Assembly: GCA_963925935.1 (NCBI GenBank)
Contig: CAWUWF010000020.1
Span: forward strand, 1 to 63,152
From: an uncultured Arenicella sp.
Lineage (GTDB): Bacteria > Pseudomonadota > Gammaproteobacteria > Arenicellales > Arenicellaceae
DNA length: 63,152 bases
Direction of reading: 5' to 3'
In this document: positions 33,831 to 43,620 of the stretch, one piece after another
How the letters are laid out: the number at the start of each line of letters is the position of its first letter
How positions within the stretch are numbered: the first letter of the stretch is position 1
Notes under the pieces: model-generated
Databases searched by the model: none
What the model saw: the letters and a program-made list of their open reading frames with translations, nothing else
What the model was told of the DNA's origin: nothing
Translations under genes and position numbers: made by a program

Positions 33831-36800
33831 TTAGCGTGATGCCTTGGAATCCTCGTTATGCCAATAACGCAAGCAAGCTTGGGACAGTCGAGCCGTACCC
33901 GAAATCACCGAGTGTTTGATATAGCGGCCGGCAAGATAGTTTATTGGGGTAATAATTAAGGTGATTAGGGTTGCAAAAATAATACCGAAGCCAAGCGATA
34001 CCGCCATCGGAATAAGAGATTGCGCCTGGGTACTTTGGTTTAACATGAGAGGCAGTAGACCAACAAAGGTCGTTAAGGAGGTAAGCATCACAGGGCGAAA
34101 GCGTACCTCGCCGGCGGTTAAAACCGCTTCCATTACGTCCATGCCCTTAGCACGTTGCTGATTTATATAATCGACCAGCACCAAGCTATCATTTACCACA
34201 ATACCAGTGAGCCCCAATATACCCATAATACTGAGCATTGAGAACGATAAGCCCATAATGTAGTGGCCTGCAATAGCACCGACTATCGCCAATGGAATAA
34301 TTGACATCACCACCAACGGCTGGCCAAACGATTTGAAAGGGATAGCCAATAATGCATATATCACAATGATTACTAGAATAAACCCTAACAGGAAGCTTTC
34401 CACGGTCTCTCTTTGGGTTTCAGCTTGGCCGTCCATATTGAAAGTAAGCTCAGTCTCCGAGGCAAACAGGTCGGCAAGGAATAGTCGTAGATCTGTTCTG
34501 ATAGCAGTGACATCGTAGTTTGTGGAATCAATATCGGCACTCACCGTAACCGCTCGTCGAAGTCGGTCTCGATAGATCGCCGTGGGGCTAGTGCCCGAAC
34601 TAAGGGTTGCCAACTCTGATAGCGGAATAGTATCGTTACTATTGGGCGTTGTGATCTTAATGGCAGCTAAATCACTGACCGACGATCGGTCAATCCGTGG
34701 ATAGCGAACCATCACTTTTATTTCGTCAGTGCCGCGCTGAATTCGCTGTGCCTCGAAACCAAATACCGCGTCGCGTACCTGCGAGGCGATCTCGGTCTGG
34801 GGTAATCCCAGGGCATTGGCCAGCGGTGTTAAGGCGATTTTTATTTCTTCTTTGCCGCTGGTAACGTTATCTTGAATATCGAAAACCCCCGGATAACTCT
34901 TAAGATATTCTCGCACCTGGGGAACTACATTATCGATCCGTTCTATGTCATTGCCATAAATAGCCACCGACAGAGGTTTGCCAAAATCACCAAACGATGA
35001 ACTTAAACTGAGCTTTTCTGCGCCGGGAATATCGCCAATTCGTTCTCTGAGTTGATCCTGAACCTTCTTTATCGAAAAGCCTTCGGGATAACCGCTTGGA
35101 CCCTGTTCGAACTCCATGATAACAACCCCGTAATTGGTACCCAAACTCGGGCCAGTAGGGCCAAATGACAAGCCAGATGCGGAAATAAAATATCTAAAAT
35201 AGGATTCGCCAGTTACCGGATCTACGTATTCTTTGGACAATTCTCCCGCAATATCTGAAATATTTTGAATATGCCCCTTGGTGGTTTCGTAGCCAGTGGT
35301 GGCAGGCATTGCGAGATTAATAATGATTGCGTTATCTTCAAACTCTGGAAAAAATGACGTACGTAGCCAGCCATTATTCATTGACGACATGGCAACGATG
35401 AAAATGGCAATCGCGGTGACTAAGGTGACTAATTGATTGCGAACACAAATAGCTAAGAACGGCCGATAGATACTAATTATCGAGTTTTCAAAGCCTCTGG
35501 AAAATGATTGTTGAAGACGCCCAAAGTAGGAAATTTGATCTTCGTTTCTAGGCTTAATAGTGCTCATGTGTGAAGGCAGAATCAATTTAGATTCAACCAA
35601 GGAAAATGCCAAAACGGGAATCACAATCATTGGAATTTGCTTGGCTAAATCTGCCACCGCCCCGGTTACCAACAGCAACGGTGCAAAAGCAACCATGGTG
35701 GTCATAACGCCAAAGGTAACGGGCACTGCAACTTCTTTTGTACCAATCAATGCAGCCTGCGCCGCAGGCATACCATTGCGTTGATGTCGGTAGATATTCT
35801 CACCTGTGACAATGGCATCATCAACGACGATCCCAAGCACCAGAATAAAGGCGAACATGGTCAGCATATTTAGTGACAGCCCTAAGACGGGCATAAGCGC
35901 GAAACCGCCTAAAAAACAGACTGGAATCCCTAGCCCAACCCAAAACGCAACGGCGGGACGTAAGAATAGTGACAGTAAAATGAGCACTAATATGCCGCCT
36001 TGTAGAGCGCTACTAATCAAAGTATTTAGGCGATCATCAACCACTGCAGCGGTATTGCCGTAAGTGCCAATAGACATGCCGCTAGGTAATTTACTTTGGT
36101 ACTCATCGATAAAACCGAGCACACTATCTGCGACATCAAGTGTGCTTTGGCTGCCGATACGATAGGCTTCTAGAGAAATAGCTGGTTTGCCATTATAAAA
36201 TGTTTCTACCTTTTGAAGTTGGTAGCCGTCGACGACATTTGCGACATCTTTTAAGTAAACGACACGGTCGCCGAAATTTTTAATCGGAATAGCATTGAAC
36301 TCAGCAGCGCTATAGGCCTGGCCATTGGTTCGCACTAAAATGTCGCCATCTACGGTGCGCAAATTACCAGCTGAGACATCTATTGAGTTACGCTGTATCG
36401 CACTTCCGACATCAGCCAGGCTTAAACCATACTGTAATAATGTACTGGGGCTTATTTCAATATGAATCTCACGCCCAGGCGCTTGCAAGTTGCCGACTTG
36501 AGTGACGCCTTCAACCTGGGATAGGGCTTGCTTGAAGTCAGCCGTCGCCTGATATAAATCGTCATAGGCCACATCGCCATAAATCACCATTCCTATCACT
36601 TGGATTATCACATCCGCGACCTGAATGACCGGCCTTTCGGCGTCGCTAGGTAAGGTGCTTAGGGCGTCGACCCGAACTTTAATGTCGCTCAATAAGTTCT
36701 GCTCGCTATAGCCAGACTCTATCTGAGCAAACACCTGCGACATATTTTCTGAGGATCTCGAAGAAATCTTTTCGATTCCGACCAAACCTGCAATTGATTC

Positions 36801-37001
36801 TTCGATCCTGGCAGTAACAGTTTCCTCGATCGACCTAGGGTTGCCACCAGGCAATACGGTGGTGATAGTAATTGTCTGCAGGCTGAAGTCTGGCATAAGC
36901 TCAAGCGGGATATCATCGCGCAGAGCAAATAGACCGAGCAACATTATCGCTACCATCAATAGGTTTGCGGCAACGTGATTTTTTGCGAACCATTCAATCA
37001 T
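33831..37001 (-). CDS. RND efflux permease (AcrB/AcrD/AcrF family), third paralog (RND-C)
   Basis: 1056 aa; TM4 GIVVDDAIVTGENI, TM10 GIVVNDSLVLVD and TM11 RFRPVMLTSLTT; two large periplasmic loops. Confidence 0.96.
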   Translation of the reverse strand: MIEWFAKNHVAANLLMVAIMLLGLFALRDDIPLELMPDFSLQTITITTVLPGGNPRSIEETVTARIEESIAGLVGIEKISSRSSENMSQVFAQIESGYSEQNLLSDIKVRVDALSTLPSDAERPVIQVADVIIQVIGMVIYGDVAYDDLYQATADFKQALSQVEGVTQVGNLQAPGREIHIEISPSTLLQYGLSLADVGSAIQRNSIDVSAGNLRTVDGDILVRTNGQAYSAAEFNAIPIKNFGDRVVYLKDVANVVDGYQLQKVETFYNGKPAISLEAYRIGSQSTLDVADSVLGFIDEYQSKLPSGMSIGTYGNTAAVVDDRLNTLISSALQGGILVLILLSLFLRPAVAFWVGLGIPVCFLGGFALMPVLGLSLNMLTMFAFILVLGIVVDDAIVTGENIYRHQRNGMPAAQAALIGTKEVAVPVTFGVMTTMVAFAPLLLVTGAVADLAKQIPMIVIPVLAFSLVESKLILPSHMSTIKPRNEDQISYFGRLQQSFSRGFENSIISIYRPFLAICVRNQLVTLVTAIAIFIVAMSSMNNGWLRTSFFPEFEDNAIIINLAMPATTGYETTKGHIQNISDIAGELSKEYVDPVTGESYFRYFISASGLSFGPTGPSLGTNYGVVIMEFEQGPSGYPEGFSIKKVQDQLRERIGDIPGAEKLSLSSSFGDFGKPLSVAIYGNDIERIDNVVPQVREYLKSYPGVFDIQDNVTSGKEEIKIALTPLANALGLPQTEIASQVRDAVFGFEAQRIQRGTDEIKVMVRYPRIDRSSVSDLAAIKITTPNSNDTIPLSELATLSSGTSPTAIYRDRLRRAVTVSADIDSTNYDVTAIRTDLRLFLADLFASETELTFNMDGQAETQRETVESFLLGFILVIIVIYALLAIPFKSFGQPLVVMSIIPLAIVGAIAGHYIMGLSFSMLSIMGILGLTGIVVNDSLVLVDYINQQRAKGMDVMEAVLTAGEVRFRPVMLTSLTTFVGLLPLMLNQSTQAQSLIPMAVSLGFGIIFATLITLIITPINYLAGRYIKHSVISGTARLSQACLRYWHNEDSKASR

Positions 37002-37064
37002 TTTCTTATCTTGTATTAAAAATTATTAGGGTAAAGCGCATGAGTGGCATAACTCCTGTTTTAC

Positions 37065-40000
37065 TTAGTAAGTCTTGGGTGTTTCAGGACGGTTCCAATA
37101 TTCCAGCCAGTGTTGCCATAAATCAATCATCATATATTTGAACCTGTGCGCCACAACATAGTTTATTGGCACGATGATGAGGGTAATAACAGTGGCGAAT
37201 AGGATCCCAAATCCAAGAGAGGTTGCCATCGGCTTCAGAAACTGTGATTGCCGACTGGGATCTAGCAGCAATGGAACAACGCCGGCGAAGGTGGTAACTG
37301 ACGTTAATATTACCGGTCTAAACCGAGTAGCACCGGCCTTGAGAACCGCAGCTATAAGCTCCATGCCTTCTGCACGTCGCTTATTTATATAGTCCACTAG
37401 TACCAGGCTGTCATTAACCACAACTCCGACCAACGCCACAATCCCAAAAAAACTCAAAGAGGTAAGTATTTGAAAGGTAATGATATGCCCTAGTATGGCA
37501 CCTACCAAGCTAAACGGAATGATCGACATGACAATGAGCGGCTGCCCATAGGACTTAAACGGTATTGCCAATAGTGCATAAATGGCAATCATTACCAACG
37601 ATATACCAAGCAATAGGCGTGCATTGGTTTCAGCGGTCTCTTCCGCTTCGCCATCGAACTGATAGCTCACGTCAGGATAGCTTTGTTGAAGTGAACGTAA
37701 AAACTCATCAATATCCGCTAAAATAAGGGGAACGTTAGCTATGGATTTGTCCACATCAGCCGTCACATTCAAAATTGAGTGGCGATCCAAACGATAGAGC
37801 GAGCTAGGGCTCTCGAAGGATTCAGTGTCGGCAATTTCAGACAGTAATACTTCTTCTGTCGAGTTGGGTACCTTAATCGGTAGTTGATTTAGGTCTTGGA
37901 TAGATGAGCGAAACTCAATAGGGTAGCGCACCATTACCCGAAGCTCGTCATGGCCACGCTGAATTCTTTGTGCTTGAAAACCAAATACTGCGGATCGAAC
38001 TTGTTGAGCAACATCATTCATATTCAAACCCAAGGAATAAGCACGTGGCTTGAGTACTATCTTGAGCTCTTCTTTGCCGCCACTATAATTGTCTTGAATG
38101 TCATAGATTGCGGGGTATTGTTTGAGCTTTTCACGCAGTAAAAATACAACTTCGCTCATTCGTTCAGTGTCTGAACCACTCAGCTCAACGTTGATAGGAG
38201 CACTGGTTCTAAACCAGTCGGCTCTTACGTTCAAGCTTTGTGCTCCGGGGATTTCCCCAATCATTGCGCGTGCTTCGCTAGCAATCTGCGCAGCACCTAC
38301 CGCTAGTGATCGGTCTGATTCAAGTTGTAATTCGGCGGCGACTGAGCCAACGTTCGGTTTTATCGTTTGGCCGCTGCTGCCGCTAGTGGCTAGAATGTTG
38401 GTGATGATACTTTGACCTGTTACAGGGTCACGGTACTTTTCCTGAAGTTCTTGAAATACCTTTGAAATGCGCTGAATATATCTGTCGGTGGTTTCGAAGC
38501 CATTCGACTCCGGCATCGTTAAATTGATTCTTACGGTTCCAGATTCCACGCTAGGAAATGAGCTGTATTTTAAGTGCCCCATAGACGCCCAACTAATTAT
38601 GATAGTTGAAATCGCGAATAGAACAGCTAGGCTAATACTTTTGTTGCGCAGGGATTTCTCTAGAAATGGTTGGTAATATTGAATTACAAATCGCTCTAGA
38701 GCTCTTGATATACCTTGTTGGATTCGACCAAATCGAGATATCTGGCTGGCATTGTTACGAACTTTCAAACGGGCTAAGTGCGCTGGTAACACCAGCTTAG
38801 ATTCCACCAAGGACATTAACAAAATAGGAATTACCACAAGCGGCATCTGCTCTGCTACAAATGATAAGCGGGTATTGCCTAAAAATGCCATGGGCAGGAA
38901 GGCAACTACTGTGGTGAGTATCCCAAAAGTGACGGGTACGGCAATTTCCTTGGTACCATTTATCGCTGCATCCATGGGTTCATGCCCCTCGCGGATCTTT
39001 CGATATATGTTTTCGCCGGTGACAATCGCATCGTCAACCACAATTCCCAGAACCATGATGAACGCAAATAAACTAATAATATTAAACGACGCACCAGCGT
39101 AGGGCATGAACAGGAAGGCGCCCATAAAACTAACCGGAATACCTAGAAACACCCAAAATGCGACCGCCGGTCGTAAAAACAACGAAAGCAATAACATTAC
39201 CAAAAAGCCGCCATAAAGGCCGCTGCTGACGACCGCACCTATGCGCGATTTAAGATAGCCTGAATCGTCATCCCAGTACCCAATACTGACTCCGCTGGGG
39301 AGATTCCGCTGGAATTCGACGATATAATCGCGAGTATCCTTGGCCACTTGAATCGCGCCTTGCTGCCCGACCCTGCGCACTTTCAGCATAACCGAGGGCT
39401 GACCATTGAAGGTCGTTGTCAGTTGGCTTTCTTCAAAACCATCCTTAATCGTGGCAATGTCGCCAAGCGTGGTTGGCGCGCCTTGACTATTTGCAATGAC
39501 CGGAATCCTTGCGAACGCATCAGCGCTATAGGCTTGGCCGTTGCCGCGAATTAGAATGTCGCCATCACGAGTTTGGACATTGCCCGCAGAGACGTCGGCC
39601 GACCCGTTGCGAATAGCTCGGCCTAAATCGGCTAGGCTGATATTGTAATCATCTAAAGTTGCCGGGCTTACTTCTACCGTCATTTCGTAGTCGGCAACGC
39701 CCTGAATCTCAATATTGCTGACATTGTCATTTGTTAGCAATCCTTGGCGAAAGCGAGTAGCCGTTTCGCGTAATGTCTTAGCGCCTACATCCCCGCTGAT
39801 CGCCACATAAATGACTGCTGGGTTATCAATGCGAATCGAAATGACTGGTTTTTCGGCTTGGCTCGGCAGCGTATTCAAGGCGTCAACCCGAACCTTGATA
39901 TCATCTAATACGTCACGAGTATTATACGACTCATCTACATCGACTGTTACACGGGATGAACCTTCTGAAGAGCGCGAGACAATTTCGTCAATGCCCTCAA

Positions 40001-40217
40001 TATCAGCGATAGCCTCTTCAATTCGGAGGGTAACGCCGTCCTCGGCGGTTTTGGGCGTCGAACCGCGGAAGGAAGTTGAAATGATAACTTGGCTTCTCTC
40101 CGTGCTTGGAAAAGTTTCAACTGGAACCAACGTTATTGCTGATATTAGACCGGCAATAACAATTGCGAACATTAAGATGTTGGCCGCGACTGAGTTTCGA
40201 GCAAACCATTCAATCAT
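37065..40217 (-). CDS. RND efflux permease (AcrB/AcrD/AcrF family), second paralog (RND-B)
   Basis: 1050 aa; GIVVDDAIVTGENI, GVVVNDSLVLVD and RFRPVILTSVTT; GGAGG RBS at 40226-40230. Confidence 0.96.
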   Translation of the reverse strand: MIEWFARNSVAANILMFAIVIAGLISAITLVPVETFPSTERSQVIISTSFRGSTPKTAEDGVTLRIEEAIADIEGIDEIVSRSSEGSSRVTVDVDESYNTRDVLDDIKVRVDALNTLPSQAEKPVISIRIDNPAVIYVAISGDVGAKTLRETATRFRQGLLTNDNVSNIEIQGVADYEMTVEVSPATLDDYNISLADLGRAIRNGSADVSAGNVQTRDGDILIRGNGQAYSADAFARIPVIANSQGAPTTLGDIATIKDGFEESQLTTTFNGQPSVMLKVRRVGQQGAIQVAKDTRDYIVEFQRNLPSGVSIGYWDDDSGYLKSRIGAVVSSGLYGGFLVMLLLSLFLRPAVAFWVFLGIPVSFMGAFLFMPYAGASFNIISLFAFIMVLGIVVDDAIVTGENIYRKIREGHEPMDAAINGTKEIAVPVTFGILTTVVAFLPMAFLGNTRLSFVAEQMPLVVIPILLMSLVESKLVLPAHLARLKVRNNASQISRFGRIQQGISRALERFVIQYYQPFLEKSLRNKSISLAVLFAISTIIISWASMGHLKYSSFPSVESGTVRINLTMPESNGFETTDRYIQRISKVFQELQEKYRDPVTGQSIITNILATSGSSGQTIKPNVGSVAAELQLESDRSLAVGAAQIASEARAMIGEIPGAQSLNVRADWFRTSAPINVELSGSDTERMSEVVFLLREKLKQYPAIYDIQDNYSGGKEELKIVLKPRAYSLGLNMNDVAQQVRSAVFGFQAQRIQRGHDELRVMVRYPIEFRSSIQDLNQLPIKVPNSTEEVLLSEIADTESFESPSSLYRLDRHSILNVTADVDKSIANVPLILADIDEFLRSLQQSYPDVSYQFDGEAEETAETNARLLLGISLVMIAIYALLAIPFKSYGQPLIVMSIIPFSLVGAILGHIITFQILTSLSFFGIVALVGVVVNDSLVLVDYINKRRAEGMELIAAVLKAGATRFRPVILTSVTTFAGVVPLLLDPSRQSQFLKPMATSLGFGILFATVITLIIVPINYVVAHRFKYMMIDLWQHWLEYWNRPETPKTY

Positions 40218-40279
40218 CAGAGCTTCCTCCAGCTAGCGGTAAAAACCAGCTACTTGAAAAACCATTACTGGCACCTCGA

Positions 40280-43200
40280 CTATGCATTGCGATTAGCCTC
40301 ATCTTGTTTATTCCAATATACCAACCAAGCCCGCCAAGTACTGATTAGTAATCCCTTAGCGCCATGTTTAATTTGGTAGCCAAGTAAATAGTTCACAGGC
40401 ACAATTATCAAGGTAATTACGGTTGCGAATAGAATTCCGAACCCAAGTGAAATTGCCATAGGTTTGAGAAATTCCGATTGAGTGCTGCTATCCAAAAGCA
40501 ACGGCGTTAAGCCTGCAAATGTAGTGAGTGAGGTCAAAATTACCGGCCGAAACCGCTTAGTTCCGCTTTCTATCACGGCTTCTAGAACATCTAGACCACG
40601 CCGACGCTGTTGGTTAATGAAATCGACCAACACCAAGCTATCGTTCACAACCACACCTAGCAAGGCCATCATGCCGACGATGCTTAGTATCGAAAGATCA
40701 CTGCCCACCATAATATGCCCGAGTATTGCTCCTACCACGCTAAACGGAATTATCGACATAACGATCAAGGGCTGCGAGTAGGACTTAAATGGAATAGCCA
40801 GTAGTGCGTAAATTGCTAACAACACTAGAACCGCACCAGACTGGAAGCCTGAGCTATTCTCAGCTTGCTCTTCAGCCTCTCCTTTAAACGCATATTCAAG
40901 GCCAGGGTAATGTTCTTTTTCGACATCAAGTGCTTGTTTTAAGTCGCGCATTATTGCGGGCACATCGGCCTTTTTCTTGTCGACATCGGCGGTAATGTTG
41001 ACCACCGCGCTGCGATTTATTCTAAACAAGGTGGTAGGACTGCGCGTGGGCGTGACCGTTGCTATGTCAGCCAGTGGAATTGTGTCATTGTTGACACCAA
41101 CCCGAATCGCTAGGCGCTGCAAGTCATCAAATGAAGATCGGTGTTCTAGCGGTAGGCGCACCATTACGCGTACTTCGTCTCGGCCACGCTGTATACGTTG
41201 AGCTTCGAATCCGAATATCGATGCACGAACTTGGCTTGCAACGGTTGCTAGGTCCAGGCCTAACGCATGAGCTTTTGGGTTAAGTTTTATATTCAGCTCT
41301 TCTTTACCGCCTGAGAAATTATCTTGAATATCATAGACGTTTGGGTACTCGGCTAGGCGTTCGCGAATGGTGGTGCCGACCCGGCTCATCAGTGCGACGT
41401 CGACCCCTGACAGCTCTATATTTATCGGGTCGCCAGCTCTCCCTAGGTCGGCGATTATGCTGAGTTTTTCAGCGCCGGGAATGGTGCCTACTAGTTGTCG
41501 GGCTTGCGCCGCTATTTCAGATGCCTTGATATCCAGATGACGCTTTTCCGGACCGACTAACTCAACATTAACCGTGCCCACGCTAGATTTGACCTCTCGG
41601 CCACTGGTGCCGCTGTTGGTATAGATATGTCGAATCACAGAGTCGCCGGTTTTTGGATCGCGGTATTTCTCCTGTAGAGTTTCAAAATGACTTGCGATAT
41701 CCTGAATATGCCGGTTAGTCGTCTCAAAGCCGGTCGTATCAGGCATGGCTAAAGAGAACACAATTTGTTCTGCCTCGACCCTTGGAAAAAACGTAAAACG
41801 GATATGCCCGGACGAAGCAATAGACATCACAATGATGGATGTGGCTAGCAAGCTGGTGATCGAGATGGCCTTATTGTCTAAGCACTTCACAAGGAACGGC
41901 CGGTAATATTTCAACACGGATCTCTCAAACCCACGCGCAATCGACATTTGAGTACGTGACAACCAATTCAGCTTGTCTGTTTCGTCGCGTGGTTGAATGT
42001 GGCTCATATGTGACGGCAAAACAAGCTTCGATTCTATTAGCGAGAAGATAAGTACTGGAATCACTACCATCGGTATCTGCGCAGCGATAAAACCGACTCG
42101 GTTGGCACCAAGATCGGCCAGCGGTAGAAATGCAACAATGGTGGTTAGAATGCCAAATGTGACCGGTAGAGCGATTTGCTTAGTGCCTATAATTGATGCC
42201 TGTAAGGAGTCCATCCCCTCGTGCATTCGCTGATAAATGTTCTCGCCGGTGACAATTGCGTCGTCCACCACAATGCCAAGCACGGTTATAAAGGCGAACA
42301 GAGAAATAATGTTAAATGTGCCGCCGACTAGGGGCATAAAGATAAAGGCTCCCATAAAGGACACAGGAACCCCAAGAAACACCCAAAATGCGACCGCAGG
42401 GCGTAAGAACAAGGACAACAATAGTAAGACTAAAATGCCACCTTGAACGCCGCTTTTTAACAGAGTTGCAAGCCTAGCGCGTAAGATTCGAGCAGTATCA
42501 TCCCAATAATCCAAGGAAATACCATCAACTCGTCGCGCATTTTCGTCCTGGATATAGGCTTGTACATGATCTGAAATAGCCAGTGCAGATTGGTCGCCGG
42601 TACGCCGAACTTCAACCATGATCGCAGGGCTGCCAGCAAATTTTGTGAGAATTGATTTATCCTCAAAGCCATCAATGATATTCGCAATGTCGCCGAGCAT
42701 TACTGGGTCTGCACCAATACTTGTGATAACGGGGATTCGAGCAAACTCCTCGCGGGTAAATGCCTGCCCCGCTGTGCGAACCAAGATATCACCGTCGCGG
42801 GTTCTAACATTGCCAGCAGACACATCTACCGCGCCTTTTTGAATAGCGCTTGCAACTTGAGCAAGGTTTAACTGATAGCTATCTAGCTTGTCTGGCGAAA
42901 CTTCGATACTGACTTCGTAGTTTGTCACGCCTAGCAACTTGACCAGCGTAATGTCAGAACTGGCGAGTAAGTCATCGCGAACTTTGTCAGCCGCCAGTCG
43001 CAGTGTCTTCGGGTCTACATCGCCTTTTACTGCCACCAAAATCACGCTCAAATCTGAGCGTGTTAGAGATACCACTGGCCGTTCGGCTGACTGAGGCAGC
43101 GTGTTTAGCGCGTCGACTCTTAGCTTGATATCATTTAGTAATTCTCGCTTATCGTAGTCATCGCCAATTTCTGCTATGACGGTGGAAAACCCTTCTGCAG

Positions 43201-43447
43201 AGCGAGAATTGAGTTGATCTACGCCCTCGAGGTTATAAATAGCTTCTTCTATACGGGTTGTGATGCCGTCTTCGACTGAATCGGGTGTGGCGCCTCGATA
43301 CGCTGTGGTCACCGTCACTGCTTGAATATCAAAGCTCGGGAAAACTTCCAGAGGAATCGAGCGAGACGCAGACAAAAGCCCCGCCACCACAATAGTGAAC
43401 ATCAGCAAATTGGCTGCTACCGGATTTCTTGCGAACCACTCAATCAT
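40280..43447 (-). CDS. RND efflux permease (AcrB/AcrD/AcrF family), first paralog (RND-A)
   Basis: About 1055 aa; GIVVDDAIVTGENI, GVVVNDSLVLVD and RFRPVILTSLTT. ATG 43447 gives the same MIEWFARN start as the paralogs. Confidence 0.96.
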   Translation of the reverse strand: MIEWFARNPVAANLLMFTIVVAGLLSASRSIPLEVFPSFDIQAVTVTTAYRGATPDSVEDGITTRIEEAIYNLEGVDQLNSRSAEGFSTVIAEIGDDYDKRELLNDIKLRVDALNTLPQSAERPVVSLTRSDLSVILVAVKGDVDPKTLRLAADKVRDDLLASSDITLVKLLGVTNYEVSIEVSPDKLDSYQLNLAQVASAIQKGAVDVSAGNVRTRDGDILVRTAGQAFTREEFARIPVITSIGADPVMLGDIANIIDGFEDKSILTKFAGSPAIMVEVRRTGDQSALAISDHVQAYIQDENARRVDGISLDYWDDTARILRARLATLLKSGVQGGILVLLLLSLFLRPAVAFWVFLGVPVSFMGAFIFMPLVGGTFNIISLFAFITVLGIVVDDAIVTGENIYQRMHEGMDSLQASIIGTKQIALPVTFGILTTIVAFLPLADLGANRVGFIAAQIPMVVIPVLIFSLIESKLVLPSHMSHIQPRDETDKLNWLSRTQMSIARGFERSVLKYYRPFLVKCLDNKAISITSLLATSIIVMSIASSGHIRFTFFPRVEAEQIVFSLAMPDTTGFETTNRHIQDIASHFETLQEKYRDPKTGDSVIRHIYTNSGTSGREVKSSVGTVNVELVGPEKRHLDIKASEIAAQARQLVGTIPGAEKLSIIADLGRAGDPINIELSGVDVALMSRVGTTIRERLAEYPNVYDIQDNFSGGKEELNIKLNPKAHALGLDLATVASQVRASIFGFEAQRIQRGRDEVRVMVRLPLEHRSSFDDLQRLAIRVGVNNDTIPLADIATVTPTRSPTTLFRINRSAVVNITADVDKKKADVPAIMRDLKQALDVEKEHYPGLEYAFKGEAEEQAENSSGFQSGAVLVLLAIYALLAIPFKSYSQPLIVMSIIPFSVVGAILGHIMVGSDLSILSIVGMMALLGVVVNDSLVLVDFINQQRRRGLDVLEAVIESGTKRFRPVILTSLTTFAGLTPLLLDSSTQSEFLKPMAISLGFGILFATVITLIIVPVNYLLGYQIKHGAKGLLISTWRAWLVYWNKQDEANRNA

Positions 43448-43588
43448 CAATCAAACTCACTTATGATCCTAATCCTAAATAAACCAATTTGTCGCAAACC
43501 AAGGCTATAGCGCACTTGAGTTTCTTTAACTTAGATGCCATTTATGAAGCGTAAAGCTTAGACAATAATAGAGTGACCTACATGGCCC

Positions 43589-43604
43589 TGCGGCTTAAGC
43601 CGCA
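43589..43604. repeat. Perfect 16-bp palindrome between the MFP gene and the first permease gene
   Basis: TGCGGCTTAAGCCGCA is its own reverse complement; it lies 16 nt past the MFP stop. Confidence 0.7.
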
Positions 43605-43620
43605 ACGTTAACTCTGAATA

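Noticed and set aside
33831-43447. Triple RND genes as an assembly artefact or very recent amplification
   Set aside because: The proteins differ extensively in the periplasmic domains and at synonymous sites. The longest DNA identity I noticed by eye is 23 nt (39145-39167 vs 42375-42397).
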